Positions 23,021 to 36,253 are shown, counted from the first letter of the whole stretch. The stretch is 60,682 nt of DNA, filler included, from Fonticula-like sp. SCN 57-25 (GCA_001724245.1; 10 parts of 10 records of this genome joined end to end with filler, not necessarily neighbours in it), one strand, 5' to 3'. The notes: a model not told the origin generated them from the letters alone. Numbers and translations: made by a program.

Positions 23021-25685
23021 TTATTGTGCATTGCCAATGGGGGCAGGAAAATCAACCATCTGCGCCGTCACCAACTTGGATTCACGAATATCGCTCGTCG
23101 AAACGCTCGAAAGTTGCACTCCCTGCAGGGTTCTCAGACCCACCTTTTGGATGCGCCTTACTACCATGTCCACTAGATCGCTGTCAAGTGTAACCTGGTC
23201 ACTTCGATAGCCTGAAATACGGAGCGCTTTAACCAAAGTACTGCGTTCGGTAAAATAAGACGAAGCCGCGTCCCCCTTCGCATTGCGGACGAAATGGCCG
23301 TCGACCTTTTTATAAGGCACACCATCGGTATCAATTCCGTAGAACACCGGGATGATAAGCGGATACGACACGTCGCAAAACTTAAGCCCGCGTCGTCGAA
23401 GAATTTCCATTGCTCGTTGTATCTCGGCATTAATTGGACCCTCCATGGCCTTCCTCCAACGATTCCGACGTTTTGCAAAAATTGCTGCTTCTCGACAGCA
23501 CCACTTGCTCTTGTAATATTCCTCGGACAACACCATCACACAAATGGGCGCGGTCAAGCACAAGTGATCCATCTTGGCGTGCGGATCGGTCCCTGCGTCG
23601 CAATTTTTCTCATCAAGAAATGTACTAAAACCAGCCGCTTTCAGTAAAGAATCCAAGGTGGACGCAAAATTGCTCTTTTGCGGGCCCGCGTGACTGATAA
23701 ATACATCGCAGCCGGTATGCTCTGACTTGGGAGGGTCAAGCAACCCAGCGCCCTCGAGAACTAGATACCATTCCCATCCATGCATACACGTGTACTTTGG
23801 ATCTATAAGTACGAGTTAAGCAAATGCTTCAATTGAGATGCAAGCGTACCATCGTCGTGTTTAATGGGCGTGCCACCCCGCAAAATAACCAATTTGTCCA
23901 TCTGATCGCGCTCAACATCTCGACGAAGTAGCCAATCATCACACGGCACTGTGGCCGTTCCATCCCCATTCATGTAAATAGCACGCGGCTTGCCCTTGTC
24001 ATCCCAATTTTCCAGCGTACTGCAAGACTGCAGAATTTCGTCGAACAAAATGCCTGGGTAACCTTTTAAACATTCACGCACAGCGTCGTTGATGAGTTCC
24101 AATAGATCCACAGAACACCGCCTAAATAACGTAAAACCACGAACATGTATCAAAAGCCGTTGTATTTCACCAAATTTCGTAGAAACCGTTTCCGTGTGGA
24201 TTCGCGCGTGCGTTTGTAGGTGTATCTTCGAAAACATAACTGCTTCGTTGCGATATGGCGTAAGGTCTGACACCTTTCCTGACAGCATCCAAGTGAGCAC
24301 ACCAATTATCCCCTGAGGAAGCATATCCATTTCAAAGCCATATGCGAGCTCCAAGTCAATTGCATGCGACTTCGCCGACCATTGTTTTCCATTCGTTGAA
24401 TCATAACTTAACAGAAAATCAGGAAACAATAGCTTATTCTCCTGTTTCATTGCGAAGCACACCTGCATACCCTCCAAATATTTAACCATGTCGTCAAATA
24501 TATCGCCCAATCGGTCGTTCGATTCAGAATTGGATACGTTAAATAAATCCCCCGTTCCCTTAAACGATGTAGACCATACGATCCTTAAATCCTTGACTGA
24601 AAGTTCGCCGCATGTACTCAGACTGGTGGCATCCGGAAGGCAAAGCTGACTGAGTGCACACTGAGTCAAAAACGTCGGCTTCAAAACCACGTGATCATTT
24701 CCATCAATGTAAATGGCGCGTCCCCAGGAACCTAGTCGATGCAGCGCAATACCCATATCACCATCACTCATTGATTCTTGTTCTAAAGAGGGGTTTAGAC
24801 GGGAAACCAGCTAATACGCCAAGCATAACAATGACCATACCTTTTAAATCCTTCAGCGAAATCATTGGCTGACTGCACGTTGATACCGCCCTTAGCACAG
24901 TAGCATGCTTCTTGCTCATCAGCACTGAAACACGCGACAGAGCGAGGAGACGCTTGCTCAAATTCCTGATAATGTCCGAAACGGCATAAGGGGTTCGTTC
25001 AAGTTTGATCGCCTGAGCATCCTTCGAGTGGTCAAACCGCACCGCGTCCAATGTCGACGCGCTCATTTCGAAATGTTCCCAATCGTAACCAAGCATGGAC
25101 TCATCAATACACTTTCGGACATCACTCTTACGAAACGCCAATTGAACGCGGAGCGACACACCTTCCGCATCCAAATGTGTACCCACGACATAAATGAATG
25201 TGCGCTGTTTCACTTCTTCCTCGAGATCTTCCGCCTTGGGAAGGTGCGCCTTTAGAGTGCGCAGCCAATACATCAAATAAGTGCAAATCTCCTGTCGGCT
25301 CTTGCTCGCATCATATACTATCATGTAAACTGATTGGTCGTGCAGAAACGATGCGCGTCCACTCGCAAAATGCTGATGATTTCCAAAATAGGCACGCTGA
25401 CCAGCGAAATCCCATGCAGAAACAGAAACGCCCTCAACATAGTGCGTCCGAACATCAATGCCGTGCGTGCGGTGGGGCAGTGGCTTCTTGACAACAGCAT
25501 CTGCATTGGCCGTTTCGGCAGCGCATGTTTCAACAATTTCGCGAAGCATGTCATGCCACCGCTTGGCCTCCTGCTCATTGGAAAACGTGACATTTGTATC
25601 GCCAATCCACATCGATTTGCCTTGCAGCGATAGCGACAGCTCTGCATCCAAAGTAAACGTGGGATTCAACCACCCTTGCAATTGC
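23021..25685 (-). CDS. ROCO-type protein: Roc GTPase - COR - TIR; 5' truncated
   Basis: RTHGID (switch I), WDFAGQ (G3), VVGTHLD (G4), COR-like HVVLKPTFL and LPQGIIGVL, TIR DVFISHAG..FLD..VLSEEYYKSKWCCRE. Three tracked ORFs join in frame through introns 24840-24783 (GTATGG..TTTAG) and 23849-23803 (GTACGC..GCTTAAC..TATAG). Confidence 0.88.
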
Positions 25686-25785
25686 NNNNNNNNNNNNNNN
25701 NNNNNNNNNNNNNNNNNNNNNNNNNNNNNTTAATTAATTAANNNNNNNNNNNNNNNNNNNNNNNNNNNNNNNNNNNNNNNNNNNN

Positions 25786-28700
25786 TGCTTCTACAACGGG
25801 ACGTGGTCGGAGGTGACCAACCCGTGCTCGACAAACCCGTGCGTTGCGCTGACCAACGACCAGCACGCGAACTGGCCAAAGGCGGAAGACGTGAACACGG
25901 TTGTGAACGGCACCTGCGTGGGCGGCTACTCCTCGACCGGGAGGCCGTCGCGCCTCTGCATGAACGACGGCAAGTGGGACACGACGATCACCAACCCCTG
26001 CACGCCAATCTTCTGCACCAAGACGACGCCGGGCTACCTGCCGTTCAACGCTGACTGGCCGGAGACGCTGCAGGCGGGCTATTCTACTTCGGGAACGTGC
26101 GCCGCCGGCTACACGGGCACGACGACGCGCAGCTGCTCGCTGACCGGCCAGTGGAACACGCCGTCGCCACTCTGCAGCCAGATCGTGTGCCCTTCGATCC
26201 CGGATGACGGCGCGCACGCGTCGTGGTCGTCCACCGCGGCCGGTAACACGGCCACGGGTACGTGCCTTGGCGGTTACGAGGGGACGCCGCAGCGCGAGTG
26301 CTCGATCACGGGTCAGTGGGGCGCTGTTACCTCGCCGTGCGGCCCCAAGAAGTGCGGCGCGCGTTCGGACGGCAACGCGGACTGGCCCGAGACGCTCGGC
26401 GGCGTGACTGTGTCGGGCGTGTGCCAAACCGGCTTTGCGGGCGTTGTGACGCGCACGTGCTCGTCGGACGGCGTCTGGAGCCAGATCTCGGGCTCGTGTG
26501 ATGCGCTCGCGTGCCCTGCTGTGACGATCAACAACGTCATCTGGCCTGTGACGTCGTCGGGGTCGTTTGCTGTTGGCGAGTGCGCGGCCGGTTATGGGCC
26601 GTCGTCGCCAGGCCCATCGCGCTTCTGCACTGCCAGCGCGACGTGGGACGCGCCGACGGGTTCGTGCACGCGTCGCCGCTGTGCCGCGGGGACGTACCAG
26701 TCTGCGACGTGGCCGTTGGTTGACTCGATGACGGACGATGTCCGCGGGACGTGCATTGAGGGCTGGCAGGGCGTGCCGCTGCGCAACTGCTCTGCGGATG
26801 GGACGTACTCGTCGACAGTGTTGAGCCCATGCACGCGGATTACGTGCCCGGCTGTGGATGATGGCGCGAGCGGCTCGTGGGATTCTACGGATAGCGGGAC
26901 GCCCAACGTGCCCGGCACGTGCCCTGCCGGCTCGACCGGCTCGCCTCTGCGCGACTGCCGCTCGGACGGGTCTTGGACTGGCATCGTGGGCTCGTGCACT
27001 GTGCTGACGTGCGCGCCGCAGTCGCTGGACCACGTGAACTGGCCTTCGACGCCTGCTGGCGGTGTTGCCGCGGGCGTGTGCGACACTGGGTACGCGGGCA
27101 GCCCTTCGCGGTCGTGCGGACTGGACGGTTCGTGGGGCGCGGTGAGCAACCCGTGCGTTGCGCTCCAGTGCGCTGCGCTGGAGGAGGAGAACGCCGACTG
27201 GCCGCTGTCGGCCGCCCTGTCGAGCCCGGTGCACGGCACGTGCATCCCTGGCTACATCGGCTCGCCGACGCGCGGATGCGAAGCGACTGGCGTGTGGGGT
27301 CCTATCCACAATCCGTGCACAGCGGTGATGTGCCCCGCCGGTCTGGCGGACAACGCCAACTGGGTCGAGACGCGCGCCGGTGACGAGGGGTATGGCGAGT
27401 GCGTGAGCGGGCTGACGGGCGTGCCGCGGCGCGCGTGCCTGCTGTCGGGCGCGTGGAACACGACGGTTGTCGACCCTTGTCGCATCAAGTACGACAACTG
27501 CCTGAGCGAGTCGCTGGACGGCATGTTCTTCCCGGAGGCAGAGCCTGGGTCGTCGAGCGTCGGCTCGTGCGGCTACGGCTTTGGAGAGTCTCCTGCTGGT
27601 CCGCCGACGCGCGAGTGCTTGGAGAATGGCACATGGGAGGAATCGTACAGCAATGCCTGTGTCTACGGTATGAAATCTGATACTCAATCGCACGCGTTGA
27701 CTAATTTTTGCCTTTCAGTTCCCATTTCGAGCGAGGACGGTGTGTACAATCTCACAATTGTGAGCAAGACTTCAACCAGCGCCATCTTGATTTGGAATTC
27801 CCTCAATATTACAGTCAACACCACGTTCCGCGCCGAGATTTCCCTGGGCTCGAGCTCCTATGTGATTGCCAATGCCAATTGTGCGCCATGATGCAAGTGG
27901 AATCTGCGCTAACTCTCCCTTTAGCCGCCGTTGATTTCACCGATACCCGGATTGAAATCCGCGGTCTGTCGCCCAACACGTTCTACTACTTCCGTGTCAC
28001 GAGGGGCGAGCGGAACTGGGGAGGATACAATGATGACTCCGGTGCCATTATCTCTACGACCACGTATATTCAGCCCGCCACAGCATTGCGCCTCGAAGAC
28101 TCGACGACGACATCTCTCACTTTTAGCTGGACGCCGTCTGCGCAGGCCGAGTTTTACGCCGTGTACACTCGCCCGATTGATGCCACGCGCGACGTCACCG
28201 ATGGTTTTGATTTCCATTCTCAGGTCGACTCGTCGGTCGGCCAGGTGGAGGTGTCCGGCCTGTCGCCGGGCAACGTCTATGAGGTGCTTGTGCTTGCCGG
28301 CAAGGATAACCAGACGGAGCAAGTGGGCGCGCGCATGATCATCACGACCAAGTCGTCTACCGATAACGTCGTGGTCGACCCCGGACTTGGCACGAGCGGC
28401 ACCGTCATTGCGGGCGCCAGCGCCGCCGGTGTCGTCGTCTTGATTGTTATTCTCGTTGTAGTTGTGGTGATCATTCGCCGTCGGCAGCGGGAGACGCTCA
28501 AGAGGCTGGACGAGTTTGGCGGCTCCGACGCGATGACCGCGTTGCACGCCTATCGCAACACGCTGGCCAACTCGCGGAGCAGCATGCGCCACGCCGACTC
28601 GACGACGCACCTGTGGCAGGCCGACAAGACCGTGGTAAACACGGCGATGGAGATTGCCCTGCCGGGCTTCTTGCTGGTTGACTATGCGACGACGGTGCAG

Positions 28701-29549
28701 CCCGGCGAGCTGGCCCATACGGGCACGGGCGAGACCGAGTACAACGCGACCGTCATTGACCCTCACGTCGCTACGCGCGTCGGCTTTACGCATGTTATTA
28801 TGCGTGACTATGATGACCACCCGCAGCTCACCGTCAAGGAGAACGACGCCCGCTTCCACCGCGAGGTCTCGATCATGTGGTCGCTCTCCTTCCACCCCAG
28901 CATTACCAAGCTCTTGGCATACACGGAGGAGCCGCGCACGGTGATGACACGCGCGTATTTGTTCAACCTCACGCGCTTTGTGCAGACGTCCCCGCGTCCA
29001 TTGCCCGAGCACCAGCTGCATCGCCTCGCCGCCGACATTTCTTCCGCCGTCACCGCCGCGCACTCGCTCGGCGTCGCCCATCGCAACATCCAGTCCGCCA
29101 ACATTTCCATCGAGCAACCGACTGGCACCTCGCAGCTGTTCACGGCGGTTCTTGGCGGGTTCAGCCAGGCGCGCTCGGTGGACGACGGCATTGCGTACCT
29201 GCCCCCTCAGCACATCAACGTCCGCTTTACCGCGCCCGAGGTGCTCCAGGCGCTCGAAGACGAGGAGCATATCGATCCCGGTGTGACGACCGAACTCGCC
29301 TCGGACATCTTCTCGCTCGGTGTCGTGCTCTACGAGCTCTCTACTGGGTCGACGCCGTGGGACTCGCTCCCCGACGAGGCCGTCAAGAATGCCGTCCTCA
29401 GCGGCAAGTTGCTCGTGCCCGAGGCTCTGATGGACACTGCGCTGCACCTGGCCCTTTCCAGCGTCGTCCAGGCGGCGCTCATGTTCGAGCCGAGCAGCCG
29501 CCCGGCGGCGGCGTTGATCAGCGCCAAGATCGCATCAGTTTTGGAGTAG
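25786..29549 (+). CDS. Single-pass receptor: Cys-rich Sushi/HRM-like repeats, FN3 domains, TM helix, TKL-type (pseudo)kinase; 5' truncated
   Basis: About 11 repeats WPxT..GxC..GYxG...RxC...GxW....C; FN3 (GLSPNTFYYFRV, GLSPGNVYEVLV); TM VVVLIVILVVVVVII-RRR; kinase subdomains RFTAPEV, SDIFSLGVVLYEL. Introns 27668-27718 and 27881-27924. Confidence 0.88.
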
Positions 29550-29918
29550 GTAGGTGTAATTTCGACCAACAGGTGTGTGGTTTGGCCGCGACTCCGCGAT
29601 TAAGTGTAACTTCCATAGTATAGTAATAAAGGTTAATGCATGAGTCCTGCTGTGGTGTTTGTTCGAGGAAGGGCTTGCCATCATATATCATATTGGGCTA
29701 GGGTGGGACACTGAAATCGTCATCCACAGTATGGATAGATATGAGCCTTGCTCCTGCCTCGCTCATGCGAGATTTCATGGTTCGATCGAGATTAGCCATT
29801 TTAAGCAGCCAATCAGGGGCCGCCAGGAGAGCTGTCAGTGGTGGTTGGTGCGCGGCCTTGTCACCAGCCCTTGCTTGGTGTCGCCGTACGTAAGGGCAGG
29901 CCGAGCCAGCTGCTTAAT

Positions 29919-31524
29919 ATGGGCGCAAGCGACAGTAAGCTGACGTTTCGCCAAAACTTTTACAAGCTGCAGGTGCGGCCCTTTGATCGCGCGCTGCCGG
30001 CTATTTTGCTGATTGCCCTTTTGCGTAGGACTCTGCAGCGCTGCCCGACGATGAGAGCTTTTGGAATTCTTTCCTGGAGCTTCCGCAGGGAATGCAGGAT
30101 GTTTTCGGTTTAATTACGCCGGCCGACGTGCGCGCCATTATCAAAAATGCGCCGCACAATTTTTCGGCATTGGTCTCCCGGGTGCGCTGGAACAACCTCG
30201 CTGAATGGCCGTGGGCTGACGTGACGCAATAGTGTGCGCACGTCGTCATCTCGACCGTGGGCGATGGCCTCGTAATTCCCGATGCCGCCGGAGTGCAGCG
30301 GCTCTCAAATGCGGTCCGCGTGCTTGTCCGCGTGCTCCCTTTCTTGTTTGAGGACAAGTCGCGCAACTGGTTTGACACTATTTTCAATATCCCGCCGCCC
30401 TCTGGTGAGGGCGACCGTACCGTGGCGCAGCAATTTGCCTCGGCCGCGCTCCACCTCTTGTTCGTGCCTAATTACACGCTACCTGCGTCCGTGAGCGCTC
30501 GCAAGGACGGGACGTATACGACGATCTGGTGCGTGCTGCCGTGTGGCACAGACTTTTCGCTGACACTGTTGTTCATAGGGCGACGGGAGTCGGCGCCAAA
30601 ACGGCCCCTGAATCGACCTATGAGATGGATGTGAACCGGTATGTTGTTTTGCTTGACAGCCCGGGCGCGCGCTTACTTTTGTGTCTTTATAGGACGGAAG
30701 CCCTGACTCTTATCCTCGTCCTGGCCTCGACGTGCCTGTACACCCCCGCCGGCGTCATGCGGCAGGAGGGCAATGTCTGGCATTCATTGTTGGTGTCGCA
30801 GACAAAGCCCAACCTTGTTATGGCCATCCTGAGCTCCCTTATCAACGTGGTCATGCACTATGACCCCGTCGGCATGGGCGTGCCGTACAACTACCTCATG
30901 TTCGCCGACACCAAGGAAGCCCTCGCGGAAGCGGCGCTGCAGACCTTTTTGATTCTGATCGATTACTCGTACCCGCTCGGCGAGCTCAGCGAAGTGCACG
31001 TGGCTGGGCTGCAGGCCGCCGACACGTCTATGCAGCACGGCGAAAGCACGATTGGCGAGCACTCGTCGCGCGCCTCGGAGCACCGCGGCAGGTATATTGT
31101 CTTTTAGCGGCTGATGTTTTGCTGACATGCGCGCGCCTAGTGACGGTAATGTGTCATCGTGCGAGGACGCTGATCAGCAGGATGAGAGCAGGCACGACGC
31201 GGGCCATGCGGTACGGCGACCACTTTTCGCTTCCTGTGCATACTAACTGACCCTGATTCCGCCCAGCATTCCAATATTTTCCAGGTTTACTTTACGCGCA
31301 TGCATCGCGACAGCGACTTTTCCTTCATGCTTGAAGGCCTTGTGCGGCTGCTGAGCAACCCGGTGCAGTCCAACAACACGTACCTTCCTGGGTCGCGCAA
31401 GCGTATCCGGTTCAGCTCCGAGCTGGTGCTGTTTGTGTGGCGCCTGGTGGACCTCAACAAGCGCTTCATGAGTTTCCTGCTGCAGGACAGCCGGCTCATG
31501 GACCTTGTGATGCCGATCCTCGCC
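29919..31524 (+). CDS. HID1: HID1/Ecm30 family Golgi protein, 3' truncated
   Basis: MGASDSKLTFR (myristoylation-type start), DVFGLI..DVRAI, VRVLVRVLPFLFE, YDPVGMGVPYNYL, RLLSNPVQSNNTYLPGSRK; several short introns. Confidence 0.92.
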
Positions 31525-31624
31525 NNNNNNNNNNNNNNNNNNNNNNNNNNNNNNNNNNNNNNNNNNNNTTAATTAATTAANNNNNNNNNNNNNNNNNNNN
31601 NNNNNNNNNNNNNNNNNNNNNNNN

Positions 31625-33109
31625 TCACCATGTCGTGCCCCGACAAGTACAAGACGATCGGCAACTTTTACGAGTACTACACCGGTGCGCGCGTTGCGCC
31701 GATTCCGACGATCTTTATCGGCGGCAACCACGAAGCCTCGAACCATCTCCACGAGCTGTGCGCACAATCTCAACTGCCCTTTCACCACTGATCTTCCTGC
31801 ACAGTTTGTACGGCGGCTGGGTCGCCCCCAACATCTACTATCTCGGCGCGAGCGGCGTCGTCACCTTTGGCGGCGTGCGCATTGGCGGCCTTTCCGGCAT
31901 CTTCAAGTCGCACGATTTCCCGCGCGGCCATCACGAACTGTCCCCCTACCACGATGGCGCGATCCGCTCCATCTACCACTCGCGCGAGATCGACGTGCTC
32001 AAGCTGCACCAGCTCACCGCCCCACTCGACATTATGATGTCTCACGACTGGCCGTCTGGCATCGCCCAGTACGGCGACATGCAGGATCTCCTCCGCCGCA
32101 AGCCATTCCTCGGCGGCGATGTACGTAAAATTTTCGTTTGTACCGGCATCTGACCTGATGCCCCGCCACAGATCATGTCGGGCGCACTTGGAAGCCCTCC
32201 CGCCATGAGCTTCCTCATTCAAAACCGTCCGGCCATGTGGTTCTCTGCTCACCTGCACGTCAAGTACGCCGCGCTCGTTCGTCACCCGCCGCGGCAGCCG
32301 GGCGACGCCGAGACGTCAACCCGGTTCCTTGCCCTTGACAAGTGCCTTCCGCGCAGGCAATTCCTACAGGTACGCCGCGTGGATGACACAATAAATGAAT
32401 CTGATTGGACAATAGGTGGTGGACATTGAGGAGCGCGGGCCAAAGCGGTTCGAGTATGACCCAGAGTGGCTGGCCATCACGGCGCACACGGCGGGGCTCA
32501 TGCGCACGCAGTACCCAGCTCAGCAGTTTACCCCGTACGTAAATAAAGGAAGTTTATTTGTGACGTATTGTATGTAATTGTACTGTTTTTTGAGTAGATA
32601 TATATATCTAAAAGTTTATCTTTTGTGTCTATCTTCTCCATTATATCTGTCATGTACATGTCACTGTGCCTCTGTCTCTAATTTGATTACTTACCATATT
32701 TGTTCTATTTAGACGTGATCTTGCGCCCACGATAGAGCGCCTTGCCAAGTCACGCACCGATGCCGGCATTCCTTCCACTGACACGTGGGCAATCCCGCAC
32801 AACTTTGTTATGACAACGCCGCCGCACAACCCACAGCAGCGCATGTCACGTGATGAACTGTTCCTCTATAGCCAGGCGCATGATAACCCGCAGACGGCGG
32901 CCTTTTGTGATTGGCTGGGCATTGAAATGCCAATGCTGAGGCATCCCAGTGGGCCACGTGGTGGAAGTCACGTGGTGCCTGTTGTGCAGGGGAACCCGGA
33001 GGAGATTAGTTTGGAGGAAGGGGAGGGGAACCCGGAAGAGATCGCGTTGGATGAGGAGGTGGAGCACGTGGCCGTGAATCCAGAAGAAATCAGTCTTGAC
33101 GACGAGTAA
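31625..33109 (+). CDS. DBR1: RNA lariat debranching enzyme, 5' truncated
   Basis: [67 protein letters not shown]-terminal NPEEIxL repeats. Confidence 0.96.
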
Positions 33110-33465
33110 TGCATTGTACAATAATATACATTCATACTATTTGATATGGCGTGTAGGGATAGTAAGTGACGTATATGTTGACTATTGGGCAATAATGGTG
33201 AACTAAGGTCAGCAAATATGTGTTTTTCATAAGATTTGTTCATACCCACTTTGAGAGTATATTTACCATGATTATGGCACTGATATTACCTACACGTGTC
33301 TTTGTGTATTATGAGTGTTTCTTTGTGTTTGCAAGAGATTTGACTTGTCTGCCTAGCGAGATCCTGGATTTCGAATCGACCAATCACAAGCCTTTATCTT
33401 GGGAATCCCCCAATGGGATCACCCCAATACACGCAAACATTGCACTTGAATTGCCGACGACGACC

Positions 33466-36028
33466 ATGGGCGACGCGCCGGCCGACGACGATCTGACGCG
33501 GAGCGTCATCGTGTGCACGTCAGACGAAGACCCATCATTTATGAAGATGCGCGATCACGGAAGCTTTACAGTGGTGGAAAAGGCTACGGATGCCGAAGTT
33601 ATGGACGATGCCGACTGGGAGATTGACGCCAAGGGTACGTCACCATGGGGTTGGTAGGTGCGCATGCTGACGGGCATCGCAGGCGATGCGGGCGATGCAG
33701 CAGGACATCCTTTTTATGTCGTACCAAAGGACCCGGAAGAAGACATGGGCGCAAGCGTGTACGTGACCTCAAGCGCGGCGCCGGTGATGGTCGAGGTGCA
33801 GATGGCTGAGGAGGCGTCGATGCCGCCGGCGGTGCAAAGGGGATCGACAGCGCCGCCGAGCTCAAGTAAAGCACCAAATAGCGTACTTAATACAAAGGTG
33901 GTGTCCCCTGTGGTCGCGCAGTCGCCGCGGGGATCATTTGGTGAAGACTATCGCGCCGTGATGCCCGACCGCAACTTTGCCCTCGAGCAGTGTACGTGTC
34001 ACTTTTCGATGTCTGGGCGCGAACGTACTTGTCATTGCAATTTGCCGTTAACGTACATATCTGTGATAATGTTGGGTATTTATGTGTATAGCATGGTGAT
34101 AAAGTGTTAATTCCTTGTTTGAAATTGCCTTTTTTCCTCGTTTTTGCTCATTCTAAGGCGGTGTTTTCTTCGTTGTTGGTCCATTTCTGCACCATTTCTA
34201 CCTTATTTTCACCTTTTTTCATGCATTTTTTCTTTTTATTTAACTTGTTTTGTTTCCAGCAATTGTAAATGACCGCGGCCTTTCAAATGACGCCGGCGAG
34301 AACAACTGCTTCCTCAACGGCGTCCTCCAGGTCCTCTGGCACAACCCGCCCTTCCGCCGCGCCGTTCGCGAATCACGTGACCACAAGTGCCGCTCGCCAC
34401 GTGCATGCGTCTTTTGCAGCCTAAGGCGGCTTTTTGAGCAGTTTAATGAGGACGGCGAGGGGGCGCTGTCGCCGCTGCAGCTCAGGCAAGTTCTAGCAAC
34501 ACTTGGGCAGGGAGATGTACGTACATTGTTATGGAAGAAAGTCAAACAATAGTGTGATAATGGGGTGAATGTGTATTGTTTTATGATCATTTTAATTATA
34601 TTTTGGTGTTAATTTGTGCCATTTTGTTCCATTTTGTTCGATTTATGATCATCTTTCGTCATGTTTTGATTGTTTTTCCGATAGTGTTTTGTACATATCT
34701 AATTGATTGTGCCTCTTTTTAATCACTTTTACTGACATTTCTCCTTTCAGTTTGCCTCTAATACGATGGCCGATGTGGTTGAGGCCTTTGAAGCCATCCT
34801 CAACTGCGTCCACGATGACGTCGGCGGCTCACCGTACGTCACCCTCCACATACTCAGCCATACTAATACCTGTCAAATAGAAATGGTCCATGTGACCCGC
34901 CTTGTCTTGTTCATAGTGTGTTTGCCACACAGGTATTGGAGCAGGCTGAATGTGGCGCATGCCATTGGACGAGCGAGCCACGCCTATCACAGCCACTCGT
35001 CACACAACTATTATCTTCACAGGTACGCACAATACTGTGACAACACTGTTCTATTTGGTGTATTTAGTAGTCATATTTGTGGCATTGTTATGTGTATTTC
35101 TATCCATGGCATTACCATTTAATCTTGTGCCTATGGTACTTTCAACACTACTTCCCTACAGCATTGTGACAACCATGTACTAACTTTTCCTAGCTCATGG
35201 AAACCTCCCTGAGCCCTTCCCTTCTCCAATCCATCCACGTGGCCACCTACGACGCCTTCCTTTCCTCCCCCTCCCCCCTCGCCACCGTCATCCGCGAATC
35301 ATCACGTGTCACCATCCAATGCGAAGCATGCAAGCGCCAAGCACCCGTCCACGTGACCGCCTTATCAGCCCCGCCTTCCCTTGCCCTCGCCATCAATTGG
35401 CCATCTGACCACGTGGACAAGTTGAAAGAACTTGATCCGCTGCTGAGGCTGATTAGGGCTGATTTCAGTATTGATGGGATGTATAGGAATGTGGCGGCGG
35501 GCGGTCGCTATTGGTTGGGGGCGATCGTGTGTTTTTGGGGTAATCATTACTTTGGTACGTCATTGGATATGGGATGTATTGTGGGTGAATGTATGGGTTG
35601 AATAGGGTGAACATATTCATGAACATCTGTGTTTGTTGTTTGTATGTTGATCTGTTTGGTCATATATGGTGGATGATCATGTGTGTCTGATATGATTGAT
35701 AATGCGATACAATATTGTGTATTTGGTCAATGAATGTGTATCATCTACATGTGTATGTGTATCTCTGTTGTATATACTCGTCATTGTTTGATGCCCTATT
35801 GTGTACACATTGGTGTCCTTTCCTCTCGTCTATCTGCTCTTTAATTACCTTTTGCTGACTGTTCATTTCTTTATAGCGTATCAGCTAAGTAAGGCGAGTG
35901 GTCAGTGGATTCGCCTCGACGACACAATTGTGCGCCGCGTGGGCACATTGGCCGACTGCCTCGTGGAAATCAGGAGCAACGGATATCAGCCATCACTCCT
36001 CGTGTACAACAACATTAGCGCACTGTAG
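33466..36028 (+). CDS. USP53/USP54-like ubiquitin-specific protease
   Basis: GLSNDAGENNCFLNGVLQVLWH (Cys box), HKC..ACVFC, MADVVEAFEAIL, IVCFWGNHYF (His box), WIRLDD..GYQPSLLVY; long AT-rich introns. Confidence 0.85.
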
Positions 36029-36253
36029 AGCAGCGTTGATTGGTTAGACGTTGAGACGTTATTGGGTTGTTATTGAGATGATTTGTAGGTGGAGATGAAT
36101 GTTATCTTCCAGAATGTTATTAAAAGTGCATTACCATTGTTGGGCAAAGAAGACAGTAAAGTTAAATAAGAGCAAATGATTCAAATATCATAATGAAAAA
36201 GTGCAAATATGCACCAAACAACACCTTAAAAGTAGGCTAAAACTAATACTTCT

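Noticed and set aside
23803-24840. Roc-COR-TIR as a frameshifted pseudogene or bacterial operon
   Set aside because: Both breaks are resolved in frame by consensus GT-AG introns.
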